Source: a virus (Duplodnaviria; Caudoviricetes). Taken from it: 64,000 nt of DNA. The number at the start of each line of letters is the position of its first letter. The stretch's first letter is position 1. A program made the translations under genes and the position numbers. The stretch is taken from positions 107,467 to 171,466 of the IMG/VR virus record IMGVR_UViG_3300029288_000081, one strand, 5' to 3'. Shown piece by piece: positions 18,883 to 28,363 of this stretch. The notes beneath the pieces were generated by a model. That model did no database searches and was not told the DNA's origin. It worked only from the letters and a program-made list of their open reading frames with translations.

Positions 18883-20010
18883 TCAGCGCTTGGCCGAGAA
18901 GTCGATGCCGGCGCGTTCCAGGATCGGCAGGATCTCGTCCAGCTCCTCCGGAAGGTTCCGCTCGACTCCCTTGGGCATGTTGTTCGCCAGGACGCGCGTC
19001 GCCGGGATGGCGATGTCGCCCTTGGTCTTGAGGACGCGACCGATCACCTGCCAGCCGCGGTAGTAGCGCTCGATGCGCACCTTCTCGGTCTTGGAGCTGT
19101 CGAGGGCAGCCGCAGCGACCGAGTCGAGGGTCGCCATGATCTGATCCTGGCGCGTCGGAAGCGGCACGCCCGTCGGGTTCGCGAGGTACTCCTCCGGGTC
19201 GCGGAGGTCCAGGTCGGTGAACCACTTGGTGAACTCGACCGTCGCACCCTCGCCGACGCAGCCCTTGATGAGCAAGCGCGCGACCGGCGACTTCTTGCCG
19301 TGTCCGCACGACTCGGCCGCGGTCAGAAGGTCGGAGACACGCGACCACATGCGCGGGGACGGCCACGCCTGTCCCTGCTCCTTCGCCGACTTGGGGAGCG
19401 CGAGCAGAAGCTCGGGGCGCCGCTGGATGAACGCTGCGAGCAGACCGCGGTTCGCCGCCGCGTTGTCGCGCCAGTTCTTGGGGAGGATCGCGATCTCGGG
19501 GCTCGGCCAGCCCGAGATCATGCCCTCGCACCAGTCGGCGGGCGGGAGCGGCCAGTCGATGTGCGTCCAGCGGTTCGAGATGGCGGCGGTCAGATCGTAG
19601 CCGCCCTGGACCATCGAGGCCGGATTGCCGGCGGCGACGTGCGACGTCTGCGCGGGGAGCTTCATGTCGCCCGCGTAGCCACCGTGGATGACGCGGAGGG
19701 CAGAGGACTGAGTGGTCGGCGGGGCGGTGTTGAACTCGTCCCAGAACACGACCCCGTGCCCCTTCTCCTTCAGCTCGAACGCCCAGAGCGGCGGGTGCAT
19801 CGAGACACCGTCGGGCCTCACCACGGGCAACCCGCCCTGGTCGGACGGCTCGCGAATGGACAGGATGACGGTCCAGATCGGCTCGTTGAGCGCCGGAGCG
19901 ATCTCTTCGAGGCAGACGGACTTTCCCACACCCGGTGCGCCCCAGAGGAACACCGGGACGCGAGCCTGGATGCAGATCTGGGCGGCGAGCATGTGGTCTT
20001 GCACGGTCAT
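18883..20010 (-). CDS. MoxR-like AAA+ ATPase
   Basis: Walker A GAPGVGKS, Walker B VVFWDEFN, AAGNP and PSPRMW. An alternative GTG start lies at 20058. Confidence 0.9.
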   Translation of the reverse strand: MTVQDHMLAAQICIQARVPVFLWGAPGVGKSVCLEEIAPALNEPIWTVILSIREPSDQGGLPVVRPDGVSMHPPLWAFELKEKGHGVVFWDEFNTAPPTTQSSALRVIHGGYAGDMKLPAQTSHVAAGNPASMVQGGYDLTAAISNRWTHIDWPLPPADWCEGMISGWPSPEIAILPKNWRDNAAANRGLLAAFIQRRPELLLALPKSAKEQGQAWPSPRMWSRVSDLLTAAESCGHGKKSPVARLLIKGCVGEGATVEFTKWFTDLDLRDPEEYLANPTGVPLPTRQDQIMATLDSVAAAALDSSKTEKVRIERYYRGWQVIGRVLKTKGDIAIPATRVLANNMPKGVERNLPEELDEILPILERAGIDFSAKR

Positions 20011-20061
20011 GGTCTTCGTTCTCTTTCTGGGCGCCGTGAAGAGCGCCTCGGGGGTCACAGC

Positions 20062-20100
20062 AGCCTAGCCATCAGGGGCTAGGTGTCAACAACTTTCGAC
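20062..20100 (-). promoter_or_regulatory. Sigma70 promoter with upstream GTCGAAAG box
   Basis: GTCGAAAG-ttg-TTGACA-N16-TAGGCT. Confidence 0.75.
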
Positions 20101-20567
20101 ACATCGGTCGAGGAAAACACTTGCGACAAGGGCTCGGCGCGGAGCAACGCCAGGACGCCGAGTGCGTGGCGGCAGTGGCGGCTCAGAACGCGAACCCATT
20201 CGTTCGGATGCGTACCGTAGCGGAACTTGTGCGTAGCCACCTCGACGATGCCGCCGACACGTTCCCCCAGAGCCACGCTGGCAATCTTCTCGCTGTCCAC
20301 CGGGAGCACCGTGTAGATGTGGACGCTGATGGTCTTGCTGATGCCGATGCTAGTGAGCACGGCCGTCAAGAGAACGTGTGGCACCTCTGCGCCGAGCTTG
20401 GCGAGCGCGATGTTGCGCGAGCCCACGTGGAGGGGCACGGAGAGCGCCTCTTCGCCTGACGCAGCATGCGCCTCGGTGAGCAAGCTGCGTAGGCTGCGCT
20501 GGTGCTCCGCGGACAGGCGAGCGGGCGCTAGGGCCCAACCGCGGATGTGCTCGTCGGTGGTGATCAC
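20079..20567 (-). CDS. Hypothetical protein
   Basis: 162 aa, translationally coupled. Confidence 0.55.
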   Translation of the reverse strand: MITTDEHIRGWALAPARLSAEHQRSLRSLLTEAHAASGEEALSVPLHVGSRNIALAKLGAEVPHVLLTAVLTSIGISKTISVHIYTVLPVDSEKIASVALGERVGGIVEVATHKFRYGTHPNEWVRVLSRHCRHALGVLALLRAEPLSQVFSSTDVSKVVDT

Positions 20568-21037
20568 GGGTTACTGAGTCGGACCAGGGCCTCGATGCGG
20601 GAGCGGATGGTGCGGGAGCGGATGGCGCGCTTGATCTCCTCCGCTGCGACCTTGGCGCGCAAGGCCTGGACAGCCCAGCGCGGACCTTCGTAGCGCGTGA
20701 CGGGGGCGTTGCTGTCGCGCCCGTCTGCCGTCAGGACCTGGACCGTCTGCACCTTGATCCCAGCCGCGGTCAGCGTGACAGCTTCCTCGGGCCTCATGCG
20801 CATGCGCTCCCGGGCCAGCTTGTTCTTGCGGCGCCTCTTCGCTGCGGCGGTCCTCAACAGCCGCACGCGCGGCTCCTTGCGGATGGCTGGGTACTCGACG
20901 TCGAGCGCCTTGGTGACGAGCTTGAGATGCTTCTTGAGGTCGTCGCGTGCGTTGCGGCGGGCGATGCGTCCCTGGCCATCACCGAGGTGCCGTCGGGCCC
21001 GCAGCAGCTCCGTCAGCGCTTGGCCGAGCTTGCTCAT
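20564..21037 (-). CDS. Basic hypothetical protein
   Basis: MSKLGQALTELL..., ATGA-coupled. Confidence 0.55.
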   Translation of the reverse strand: MSKLGQALTELLRARRHLGDGQGRIARRNARDDLKKHLKLVTKALDVEYPAIRKEPRVRLLRTAAAKRRRKNKLARERMRMRPEEAVTLTAAGIKVQTVQVLTADGRDSNAPVTRYEGPRWAVQALRAKVAAEEIKRAIRSRTIRSRIEALVRLSNP

Positions 21038-21270
21038 GTGGGGCCGGTGACCGGGAGTCGGAGCGTTGGAAGGTACGCGGGTCCCTGCGCCGTCTGCACG
21101 ATCAGTCCGAAGGATCGTCCGCGGGGTCCGATCTCGGTGTGGATGTGAGGCGTGCCGTGGTACATGCCAGGCGGCAGTCCTCGAAGGAGCCGAAGAGCTT
21201 TCTGGCGACGGCGCATCTTCTTGGCGAGCTTGAAGCGCTTGAGGCGCGCCTTGCGCTGCTTGCGGTTCAT
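21034..21270 (-). CDS. Small basic hypothetical protein
   Basis: MNRKQRKARLKRF... Confidence 0.5.
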   Translation of the reverse strand: MNRKQRKARLKRFKLAKKMRRRQKALRLLRGLPPGMYHGTPHIHTEIGPRGRSFGLIVQTAQGPAYLPTLRLPVTGPT

Positions 21271-21567
21271 CGGGCCCCTCGCTTCCGCCAGGTGTTCCAG
21301 CGGGCTCGGATCTTCGCCACCGCAAGGGTGACGAACGGAAGCGCGACGATCAGTGCGTTCAGCTCGCCGTGACAGTTGAGATGGCAGCCCATCATTCGCG
21401 CCCCGCTTCCGTCTGCGCAGCGGTTGCCTCGTACAGGCGCAGGAGCAGGACAGACACGTCACTGAGCAAGCGCTTGTCTTCCTTCGTGAGGAGCTTGTTG
21501 GTGGAGAGCGTGGCCACCTTCTCGCGCACCGCGGCGATCTCTTTTCGGGTGGGGTTCCAGCGTTCCA

Positions 21568-21999
21568 TCAGATCGACTCAATGAAGGCCCGCACCAGGGC
21601 GGCCTGCTCGGGGGTCACGTTGATCGGGTAGGCGGAGGCGTCGTTCACGGCACGGATGAGGTCAGGGGCGTACCAACCATTCCGACTGCACGCCAGCCTC
21701 ACGAAGGCACGCCGGGCGGCGGTGTCGGGGATCAGCTCGCGAAGTACGAGGAGACTGTCCAGCAGTTCGTCGGGGTCGGGGCACCGCGCAGTGCGCAGCG
21801 CGGCGAGGTGCTGCTCGATCGGCGACGGGACGGCCAGGACAGCAGCCAGAACCTCCCCTTGCGTCTTGCCCGAGCGCTTGGCCTCCAGGGCGATGGCCGC
21901 GTCGAGCAGCGCGCCCTCCTGCGCCGTGCCGCCGCGGTAGATGCCGGTCTTGAGCCATGCGAGGAGCGCGGCGAGTGCCTTCTTTTCGAGCTTGTTCAT
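21568..21999 (-). CDS. Hypothetical protein
   Basis: 143 aa with a GAGGAG RBS. Confidence 0.6.
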   Translation of the reverse strand: MNKLEKKALAALLAWLKTGIYRGGTAQEGALLDAAIALEAKRSGKTQGEVLAAVLAVPSPIEQHLAALRTARCPDPDELLDSLLVLRELIPDTAARRAFVRLACSRNGWYAPDLIRAVNDASAYPINVTPEQAALVRAFIESI

Positions 22000-22009
22000 G
22001 TCGATCTCC

Positions 22010-22453
22010 TCAGAACATCAGAGCGCCGGTGCCCCAGCCCTCGGCGATCTCGTCCACGACCTTGAGGTCCCTGCGGTCCGCGTTGTCTGCGTTGTCCGAA
22101 TCGTCCGCGTCGAGGGCGACCTTGCGCACGCGATCGGGAAACTGCTCGCACAGGCGCTCCACGTCGCGCACGTGCATGAGGATGCACGGCTCATCGTGCG
22201 CGCAGAGGACGTCCTCGTGGAGCTTCTCACGGTCCTCGTCGGAGAGGCTGTCGATCGGGTCCGCCTCGTTGGAGACGAACCAGAGCGCGTAGCTCGGCGT
22301 CGCTTCGCACGCGTGGACGTGGGTGGCGGCATCGTAGGCGTACACGCCGTAGATCGCCGTCGTCTGGGCTGCGATCTTCTCGTGCCAGTGCTGGCGCTCG
22401 TCGATCTTGATCAGCCGCCAGTCGGCCGGGATGCTGGGGTTGAACCTGTTCAC
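22010..22453 (-). CDS. Hypothetical protein
   Basis: GTG start with a GGAGG RBS, translationally coupled. Confidence 0.6.
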   Translation of the reverse strand: MNRFNPSIPADWRLIKIDERQHWHEKIAAQTTAIYGVYAYDAATHVHACEATPSYALWFVSNEADPIDSLSDEDREKLHEDVLCAHDEPCILMHVRDVERLCEQFPDRVRKVALDADDSDNADNADRRDLKVVDEIAEGWGTGALMF

Positions 22454-22680
22454 TTGACCTCCTCCTTCCGCGGCGTGTAGTGCCAGCGCTCCAGCCAGCG
22501 ACGAAGAGCTTCGTCGGCGATCGCGACCGCGGACTCGGTCGGCCGAGGAGGCGCGACACCGAGCTTCTGCATGGAACCGATCAGGGCGGCCTCGTAGATG
22601 CGTTCCCAGAACGCGCGCGGCTCGTAACGCTGCTCCTCCGGGACGCTGGCGAGAAGGTCCCGGGTCTCCCACCAGTTCAC
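22450..22680 (-). CDS. Hypothetical protein
   Basis: GTGA-coupled. Confidence 0.5.
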   Translation of the reverse strand: MNWWETRDLLASVPEEQRYEPRAFWERIYEAALIGSMQKLGVAPPRPTESAVAIADEALRRWLERWHYTPRKEEVK

Positions 22681-23822
22681 TTCGCCACCTTCGCGAGGTA
22701 CTTGGCGGCCGCCTCTTCGAGGTCCAGGCGACGGTCGATGCCCTTGGTCTCGCCCACGCGAGCGATGGCGAGGAAGACGTCGTACGCCTTGGTGTTCTCG
22801 ATGGTGCTCAGGGGCCCCTCCCACTCCGCGGTGTCGTGCGGGAGAGCCACGCTCGCGCGGTCGGCGAGGTTGCGGAGCACCTCCCGAGCGTCGGCGATCG
22901 AGAGCCCGTACGAGCGGAGCTTGTCGGCCTCGGCGACGATGTCGGAGATCGCGATGTCGACCGCCTTGGTGATCTGCGTGCGAAGCGCACGCGCACCCGC
23001 CAGAGACTCGGGCAGCGCCTCACGGAACCCCTCGACGAGCTTGTCGCTCGTCCCGAGATGCCGCATGCGCAGCCCGGCGACACGACGAGCCGAGAGGCCG
23101 CTCTTGCGCAGGTAGACCGCGGGAGCCAGCTGCACGGCTCGGTTGCCCACCTCGCCGTTGGTGTAGTCGATGGCCAGCTCGGCCACCTCGTCACCAGGCA
23201 GGTTGAACGACTCGCCCGGGATCGTGAGGCGCATCAGCGTGGTGAGGCCCGTGGCGACCACGCGGGCCGAGAGGTCGTTCATGCCTGCCGCATCGAGCCC
23301 GGACCGCAGCTGCGGCAGGACGACCGCATCGTCGAAGGTCGCGTAGCGCTGACTCAGGATCGCCCGCACCTCGTCATCGCCGGCCAGGCGGATGAGCGCC
23401 GGACCGTCGGACTTGTTGAGCATGCCCCAGTTGAGCGCGGGCACGGTGTACCGCGCCGGGATCGAACGCAGGTACTTGCTCGGCGCCTTGGCGCGCTCGC
23501 AGAGGTGCCCGAAGGCAGTCATGCGCAGGAGGAGCACATCGTTGCCTCGCGCGATGCACGCGAAGCCGCCCATGACTCCGAAGATCCATCGGTCGAGGTC
23601 TTCGACCTTGCGGTCCGAGCGCTCGCCGTCCTGCTCGTGCTTGCGCAGGATGTGCTCGATCGCCTCGTCCAGCGATCCGAAGGGCAGGTTGGCGTTGGAG
23701 ACGCGGTCGTACCACGCGTCCTCCTGGTCATCCTGGACGATGATGGGCACGTCGCGAACGTCCATGTCTCGGACGGGGATATCCGCGTCGGGCGCACCGT
23801 TCACCTGGGTCTCGCTGAGCAT
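22677..23822 (-). CDS. DUF932-like domain protein
   Basis: VRAILSQRYATFDD...YTNGEVGNRAVQLAPAVY...RMRHLG, with its own promoter and an AGGAG RBS. Confidence 0.65.
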   Translation of the reverse strand: MLSETQVNGAPDADIPVRDMDVRDVPIIVQDDQEDAWYDRVSNANLPFGSLDEAIEHILRKHEQDGERSDRKVEDLDRWIFGVMGGFACIARGNDVLLLRMTAFGHLCERAKAPSKYLRSIPARYTVPALNWGMLNKSDGPALIRLAGDDEVRAILSQRYATFDDAVVLPQLRSGLDAAGMNDLSARVVATGLTTLMRLTIPGESFNLPGDEVAELAIDYTNGEVGNRAVQLAPAVYLRKSGLSARRVAGLRMRHLGTSDKLVEGFREALPESLAGARALRTQITKAVDIAISDIVAEADKLRSYGLSIADAREVLRNLADRASVALPHDTAEWEGPLSTIENTKAYDVFLAIARVGETKGIDRRLDLEEAAAKYLAKVAK

Positions 23823-23846
23823 CGTTCTCTCCTGTGCGCCGTGTGT

Positions 23847-23906
23847 GGCGCGTCTGTCGAAAGTACAGTAAGGACCCTGGGGACGCTGTCAAGGGTCTAT
23901 CGAAAG
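23847..23906 (-). promoter_or_regulatory. Sigma70 promoter with conserved leader and two boxes
   Basis: CTTTCGAT...TTGACA-N16-TACTGT-aCTTTCGACAGACGCGCC. Confidence 0.75.
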
Positions 23907-24277
23907 AACCCGGTCGCGCTTGAGCTGGTTTCGTTCGAGGATCGGTCCTCTCCAGCCTCCCGGCGCGAGCAGTCGGAGCAGCCAGATCAGGGCCCGCACC
24001 CAGCACTCGCCCTCGCGGCCCATCTGCATGCGTGCGTAGTGAATCTCGGCGTCCGAAACGCCGCGGAGCTTGCGTCTGCGCGCGGCTGGCTTGCCTTTCG
24101 CAAGAAGTCGCTCGCCAGAGGTCCCGGCCGCACGCGCGTGCTCGGCGTACATCCAGGCACGTCGTGCTGCCACGGGCATTCCATCGGGCACACGCCGCTC
24201 GCTGACGCTTCCAGCGCCGACGCGGTTCCAGCACACGCCGTACGTCTTGCGGATGACCGCGCGTGTGGCACGGCTTC

Positions 24278-24781
24278 TCACACTGAGCTGCCGTCTCCGA
24301 GGTCCTCCCGCGGCGGCTCCATGGCGTTCAGCTCCTCCCAGGTGATGCTCGGGATCGTCCACCACTCGGGGAACAGGATGGGTGTACCGTCAGAGATGTA
24401 GGTCGGACCGTCGATCCAGAGGCTCGTGAGCGTCTCGCCGGTGCGAGGGCAACACGGCGTCCAGCCAATGGCCTGGACCGAGTAGTACGTGTCGGTGATG
24501 GTGACGGCGGGCTCGTGGGGTGTGGCGCGGCGAACCTCGAAACTGCCGGACAGAGCGCCGGGTGCCACGATCACGTAGTTGTCCGTTGTCGTGTCGTGGT
24601 GCAGGAAGTCTTCCTGCTTCGCGCCACATATCTGCACCACGCCCTCGGCCTCGATCTCGTGCGAGTCGCCATGGGCGTACCCGTACACGCGGCGCGGGGC
24701 CACAGTACACAGGCGCAGTCGCGCGCGGTGCTCCCACGCAGCGAGCGCTGCCAACCCGACGTTCAGGTTCCAGTTGATCAT
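24278..24781 (-). CDS. Hypothetical protein
   Basis: MINWNLNVG... Confidence 0.5.
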   Translation of the reverse strand: MINWNLNVGLAALAAWEHRARLRLCTVAPRRVYGYAHGDSHEIEAEGVVQICGAKQEDFLHHDTTTDNYVIVAPGALSGSFEVRRATPHEPAVTITDTYYSVQAIGWTPCCPRTGETLTSLWIDGPTYISDGTPILFPEWWTIPSITWEELNAMEPPREDLGDGSSV

Positions 24782-24957
24782 GGTGCCCTCTCTAGCCAGC
24801 TGCGAAGAGCGCTGACACGCTCGGTCTCGTTCGAGGCGGCGAACCCGCCTCTCCATCGCCAAACCGCCAGGTCACGCAGGGCCTCGCGACACTCCTCGCG
24901 GTCGTCGTTGTCGCGAGCACCCTCGGCTCGCAGAAGGCATGCGTCAGGGTCCACGGC

Positions 24958-25377
24958 TCACTCCTCGTCGTCGCTCTCGTCGTCGTCATCGCTCTCGTCG
25001 TCGTCTTCGCCGTCGTGCTCCTCTTCGCCCTCGTCCTCGATCGGCGAGAAGGTCCAGAGGCCCTCGTCGGTGACGACGCGGATCTCGTCTCCGACGCGCT
25101 CCATTTTCTCGATGGGCGCGACGATGTTGGGGATCGACTCTTCGTCGGGATCGAAGGTCGCCGTCCACGGGACGTCGCCCTTGTGGTCGATCGTGAGCAC
25201 CCCGGAGAGCTTGCGGAGGTCCGCGTTGTGCTTCCGCGGCACGCGCGTGCAGGTCACCTCGACCTGTTCGACGCGCATCTTGGGGCGCGTGCGCGTCGTG
25301 CGACGCTTGGTGGGCTCGGCGGCGGGCGCCGTGGCGGTGCGGTTGGTCGTCGGGAACGCGAGGATCGTGGCGGTCAT
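24958..25377 (-). CDS. Hypothetical protein with acidic tail
   Basis: MTATILAFP...DDESDDDDESDDEE. Confidence 0.6.
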   Translation of the reverse strand: MTATILAFPTTNRTATAPAAEPTKRRTTRTRPKMRVEQVEVTCTRVPRKHNADLRKLSGVLTIDHKGDVPWTATFDPDEESIPNIVAPIEKMERVGDEIRVVTDEGLWTFSPIEDEGEEEHDGEDDDESDDDDESDDEE

Positions 25378-25821
25378 GTGCAGGTCTCTCAGGTGGGCGG
25401 ATGGTTGAGGGCGTCGATGGCGGCGAGCGTGGCGCGAGCGCGCTGAACCCAGCACTCGTCGCCGCGGAATCCGTTGCAGGGAGCGCCGGGAGCAAGGGGG
25501 CCGCGCCCGTGGTCGTGGTCGCCTGTCGCTTCGTACTTGGCGAGGGCCTCACGGAGGGCAGCGCCGGTAGTCAGGGAGATCAGGGCGCTCAGCCGAGCGA
25601 TCGCATCGTCCTGCACCAGCGCGGCAACGCGAGGTCCTCGGCCTCCTGGGCGAGCCAGGCGGCGGGGTCTTGGTCACTCGTTCGCGGGGTCGACATGGTG
25701 TTCCTCGGGGAGCTTGGCCTTGGCGGTGTCCAGCAGGTCGCGCAGGACGACCAGGCTATCTGGCGAGAGGGCGCGAAGGCTGCCCACCCAGCAAGCAGTG
25801 GGCGAACCCCCGGCTCTGTGA

Positions 25822-26001
25822 TCAGGTGCTCAGCGGCGCGAAGACGTTGATGCCGACCTTGAGCCCGCCGGGGAGCGCAGCGTTGCCGCCGCTCGTTCCG
25901 ACGATCGTGGTCTTGCCGGTGCCGCTCGGGCGCAGGCGCTTCTTGAGGTCCACACGCACGATGAGGGTGTCGCCCTCGACCTTGATGTCGCAGTTCTCCA
26001 T
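25822..26001 (-). CDS. Small beta-rich protein (59 aa, below the ORF-track cutoff)
   Basis: MENCDIKVEGDTLIVRVDLKKRLRPSGTGKTTIVGTSGGNAALPGGLKVGINVFAPLST, with a GAGGAG RBS directly under a promoter. Confidence 0.75.
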   Translation of the reverse strand: MENCDIKVEGDTLIVRVDLKKRLRPSGTGKTTIVGTSGGNAALPGGLKVGINVFAPLST

Positions 26002-26030
26002 GTCTCTTCTCCTCGTCGAGCGCCCGACAG

Positions 26031-26076
26031 GGCGCGTCTGTCGAAAGTACCGTAGCCACCGTGGCTACGGTGTCAA
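26031..26076 (-). promoter_or_regulatory. Sigma70 promoter with conserved leader and palindromic spacer
   Basis: TTGACA-N16-TACGGT-aCTTTCGACAGACGCGCC. An 11-bp inverted repeat (accgtagccac-c-gtggctacggt) spans 26049-26071. Confidence 0.78.
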
Positions 26077-26810
26077 GCAGTGAAGACGTCCTCGATGCGC
26101 AGCTCTCGCTCGCGGGGCCAGGAACTCTGCGCCCGCTCCGTGGCGGCGGCGGCCAAGAGGCGGCGCACCGCGTCGATAGCTTCGGTCTGAGCGCCGGGAT
26201 CGTTGGAGCCTCGCGCCGACTCTTCGATCTCGTTGCTGTCCAGAGCCTTGCTGACCTGGACGGCCACCTCGGCGACAAGCTCTGCGTCGAGAGCGGCGAG
26301 CCGCTGCTTGTAGCGCACGGCTGCGTTGGCCTCGGTGAGGACGTGCGACACGGCGCCTTCCAAGAGCCTCGTCGCGAACGCGGTCACCGCCTCGCGCCGG
26401 ATGGTCTCGCGCTCTTCCAGCGTGGCGGCTTCGATGACTGCGGCGACTCGCGGGACCAGCGACTTACCGTATGCGACTGCGGCCTCCTCCGAGACCACCT
26501 CGCTCGGCTTGGCCGCCTTGAGCCGGATGCGGACCGATACCGTGGAGCACCGCGGAAGGTCGCCGCTGTCGGCACGGTACGCACGGGCGGTGTCGTGCCA
26601 CATGGCGACACCCACCACGCTCGGACCGACGGCTGCGCGCAGAGCCAGCATAAGCGGCGTGGTTGGCAGCGTGCGCGGTTCGAGCCCGCGGCCGCGAAGG
26701 CCGAGAAAGGGGTGCGGCGCGACGATGACCACGTCTCGTGCGTAGCGCTTGTTGACGCGGTCGTCGGTGCGCGTGCAGGCGACGACGGTCCAGCCTTCGG
26801 GAAGGGTCAT
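26073..26810 (-). CDS. Hypothetical protein
   Basis: 245 aa with an AGGAG RBS. Confidence 0.6.
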   Translation of the reverse strand: MTLPEGWTVVACTRTDDRVNKRYARDVVIVAPHPFLGLRGRGLEPRTLPTTPLMLALRAAVGPSVVGVAMWHDTARAYRADSGDLPRCSTVSVRIRLKAAKPSEVVSEEAAVAYGKSLVPRVAAVIEAATLEERETIRREAVTAFATRLLEGAVSHVLTEANAAVRYKQRLAALDAELVAEVAVQVSKALDSNEIEESARGSNDPGAQTEAIDAVRRLLAAAATERAQSSWPRERELRIEDVFTA

Positions 26811-26854
26811 GAGGGGCTCCTGGTCTTGCGGGGTCGAAAGGGGTCGGGGGGCGA

Positions 26855-27091
26855 TCAGCGCTGCCCGAGTGCGATCCGTCTCGCTTTTTGCTTGTCGATG
26901 CCACTGGCGCGGTCGGCCGCAGCGTTCAGCACCTTCGCGAGGCGCCGTGCCTCGGCAACACTGAGGCTCTGCTCGTCGCCGTCACCGAGACGAAGGCCGA
27001 TTCCGATCCAGAGCTTTCCTGTCGAAGCCTCGACGCCGAACGGTACTGAGACCCGGATCTCTTGAGTGTGCCGGAACTTGAGGGTGGTCAT
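26855..27091 (-). CDS. Hypothetical protein
   Basis: MTTLKFRHTQE... with an AAGGA RBS. Confidence 0.5.
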   Translation of the reverse strand: MTTLKFRHTQEIRVSVPFGVEASTGKLWIGIGLRLGDGDEQSLSVAEARRLAKVLNAAADRASGIDKQKARRIALGQR

Positions 27092-27282
27092 TGGTGGTTC
27101 CTTTCGAGCGCAGGGCTCGCAGAAGCGGGTCAGTTGGCAGCGCTTGCACGCTCTCCGCTGGTCACAGGTCCTCCGCGGGCAGGTCGGTGATAGCCTCGTC
27201 GGCGAGGTGCGACAGGTCTCGTCCGAGGACGCCCACCACGCGCCGGATGGCACGGGCAACCTCCTCCGAGGTACCTCCGGGG

Positions 27283-27516
27283 TCAGCCGTTCAGCCAGTA
27301 GTTGATCAGGTCGAGCCGGAACCGAAGAGCATCGGACTCCTCGGCGAAGTAGGCGACGATCGAGTCAGTGCTTGTCGAGACGGCGTTCCAGCCCTCGGGC
27401 CCCTGGTCGTTCTCCCACATCCCGGGACCGTGGACCTGGACGTCTTCGAGCGCCTCGTCGAGGTTCGTGACGTGTTCGGGGCGTGCCCAGCGCTTCGAGG
27501 TGATGGTCGTGTTCAT
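27283..27516 (-). CDS. Hypothetical protein
   Basis: 77 aa with a GGAGG RBS. Confidence 0.6.
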   Translation of the reverse strand: MNTTITSKRWARPEHVTNLDEALEDVQVHGPGMWENDQGPEGWNAVSTSTDSIVAYFAEESDALRFRLDLINYWLNG

Positions 27517-27734
27517 GATGCACCTCCGGTCAGTCGGTCCAGGTCGCCCACGACGCGCTCGTAGAGCGGCCGAGCGTAGGGCGCAGCGTGCAGAGCAGGC
27601 TCAGCCTCCGCGAGCGCGCAGAGCGCAGCGTCCAGGGCCTGGGCGGCGCGAGCATGCTCCCCGCGCGAGGTCCAGCCGCGGGCGCGGGCCGCCTCGGCGG
27701 CCGCGCGCTCGATGATCGTCAGGGCGCAGCCCAT
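27513..27734 (-). CDS. Hypothetical protein
   Basis: 73 aa, translationally coupled. Confidence 0.45.
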   Translation of the reverse strand: MGCALTIIERAAAEAARARGWTSRGEHARAAQALDAALCALAEAEPALHAAPYARPLYERVVGDLDRLTGGAS

Positions 27735-27737
27735 GGC

Positions 27738-28268
27738 TCAGCCCTCCTTGGTGGCGTCGTCGGTGCCGAGCTGAGAGAGCGCCTCTCCCAGCAGCTCGGC
27801 GAGAATCTCGCAGAGCCCGACCAGCTCGGTGCCGGCCTCGCGGACGCCATCGGTGTCGACGTCGGTCTCCTCGGGGTCGATGAAGCTGTGGCCGCTGTAG
27901 TCGTCGATGAACTTGGAGATTTCGGACAGGCTGTCGCTGTCGCTCGGGACCTCGATCGTCTCGCGGCGCGCGTTCTTGCGCGCGATCACGGTGACCTCGT
28001 CGCAGAGGTTGTCGATCGACCGACTCGACCTGTCGACGTCACGCAGCGCGCTCTTCGCACGCTTGAGCAGCGCGATGAGGTTCTCGGAGTCGGCGTCCAC
28101 GGTGAGCGCGGCCGCAACGCTCGCGGCGCTCGCACGCTGCTCGGCGAGGGCACGCTCGTAGCCGGCGCGCTCGGCGGCGCGGATCGCCTCCGCGACGATC
28201 TCGCTTGCGGTGCGCTGGGCGGCCTCGACGGCCGCGGGAAGAATCGACAGGGGGTCGGTGGTGGTCAT
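27738..28268 (-). CDS. Hypothetical coiled-coil protein
   Basis: MTTTDPLSIL..., downstream of a promoter. Confidence 0.6.
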   Translation of the reverse strand: MTTTDPLSILPAAVEAAQRTASEIVAEAIRAAERAGYERALAEQRASAASVAAALTVDADSENLIALLKRAKSALRDVDRSSRSIDNLCDEVTVIARKNARRETIEVPSDSDSLSEISKFIDDYSGHSFIDPEETDVDTDGVREAGTELVGLCEILAELLGEALSQLGTDDATKEG

Positions 28269-28320
28269 GGCGCTCTCCGGGTTCCGGGTGGGCGCGGCGT
28301 CTGCCGCGTCTCGTACCAGC

Positions 28321-28363
28321 ACGATAAGGTCTGTCAGACAGTCGTCAAGGGGTGCGTCGAAAG
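28321..28363 (-). promoter_or_regulatory. Sigma70 promoter with upstream CTTTCGAC box
   Basis: CTTTCGAC-N7-TTGACG-N16-TATCGT. Confidence 0.7.

Noticed and set aside
18883-20010. Genome-packaging ATPase
   Set aside because: Its motifs and VWA partner identify it as a MoxR-type AAA+ protein, not FtsK/HerA or terminase.
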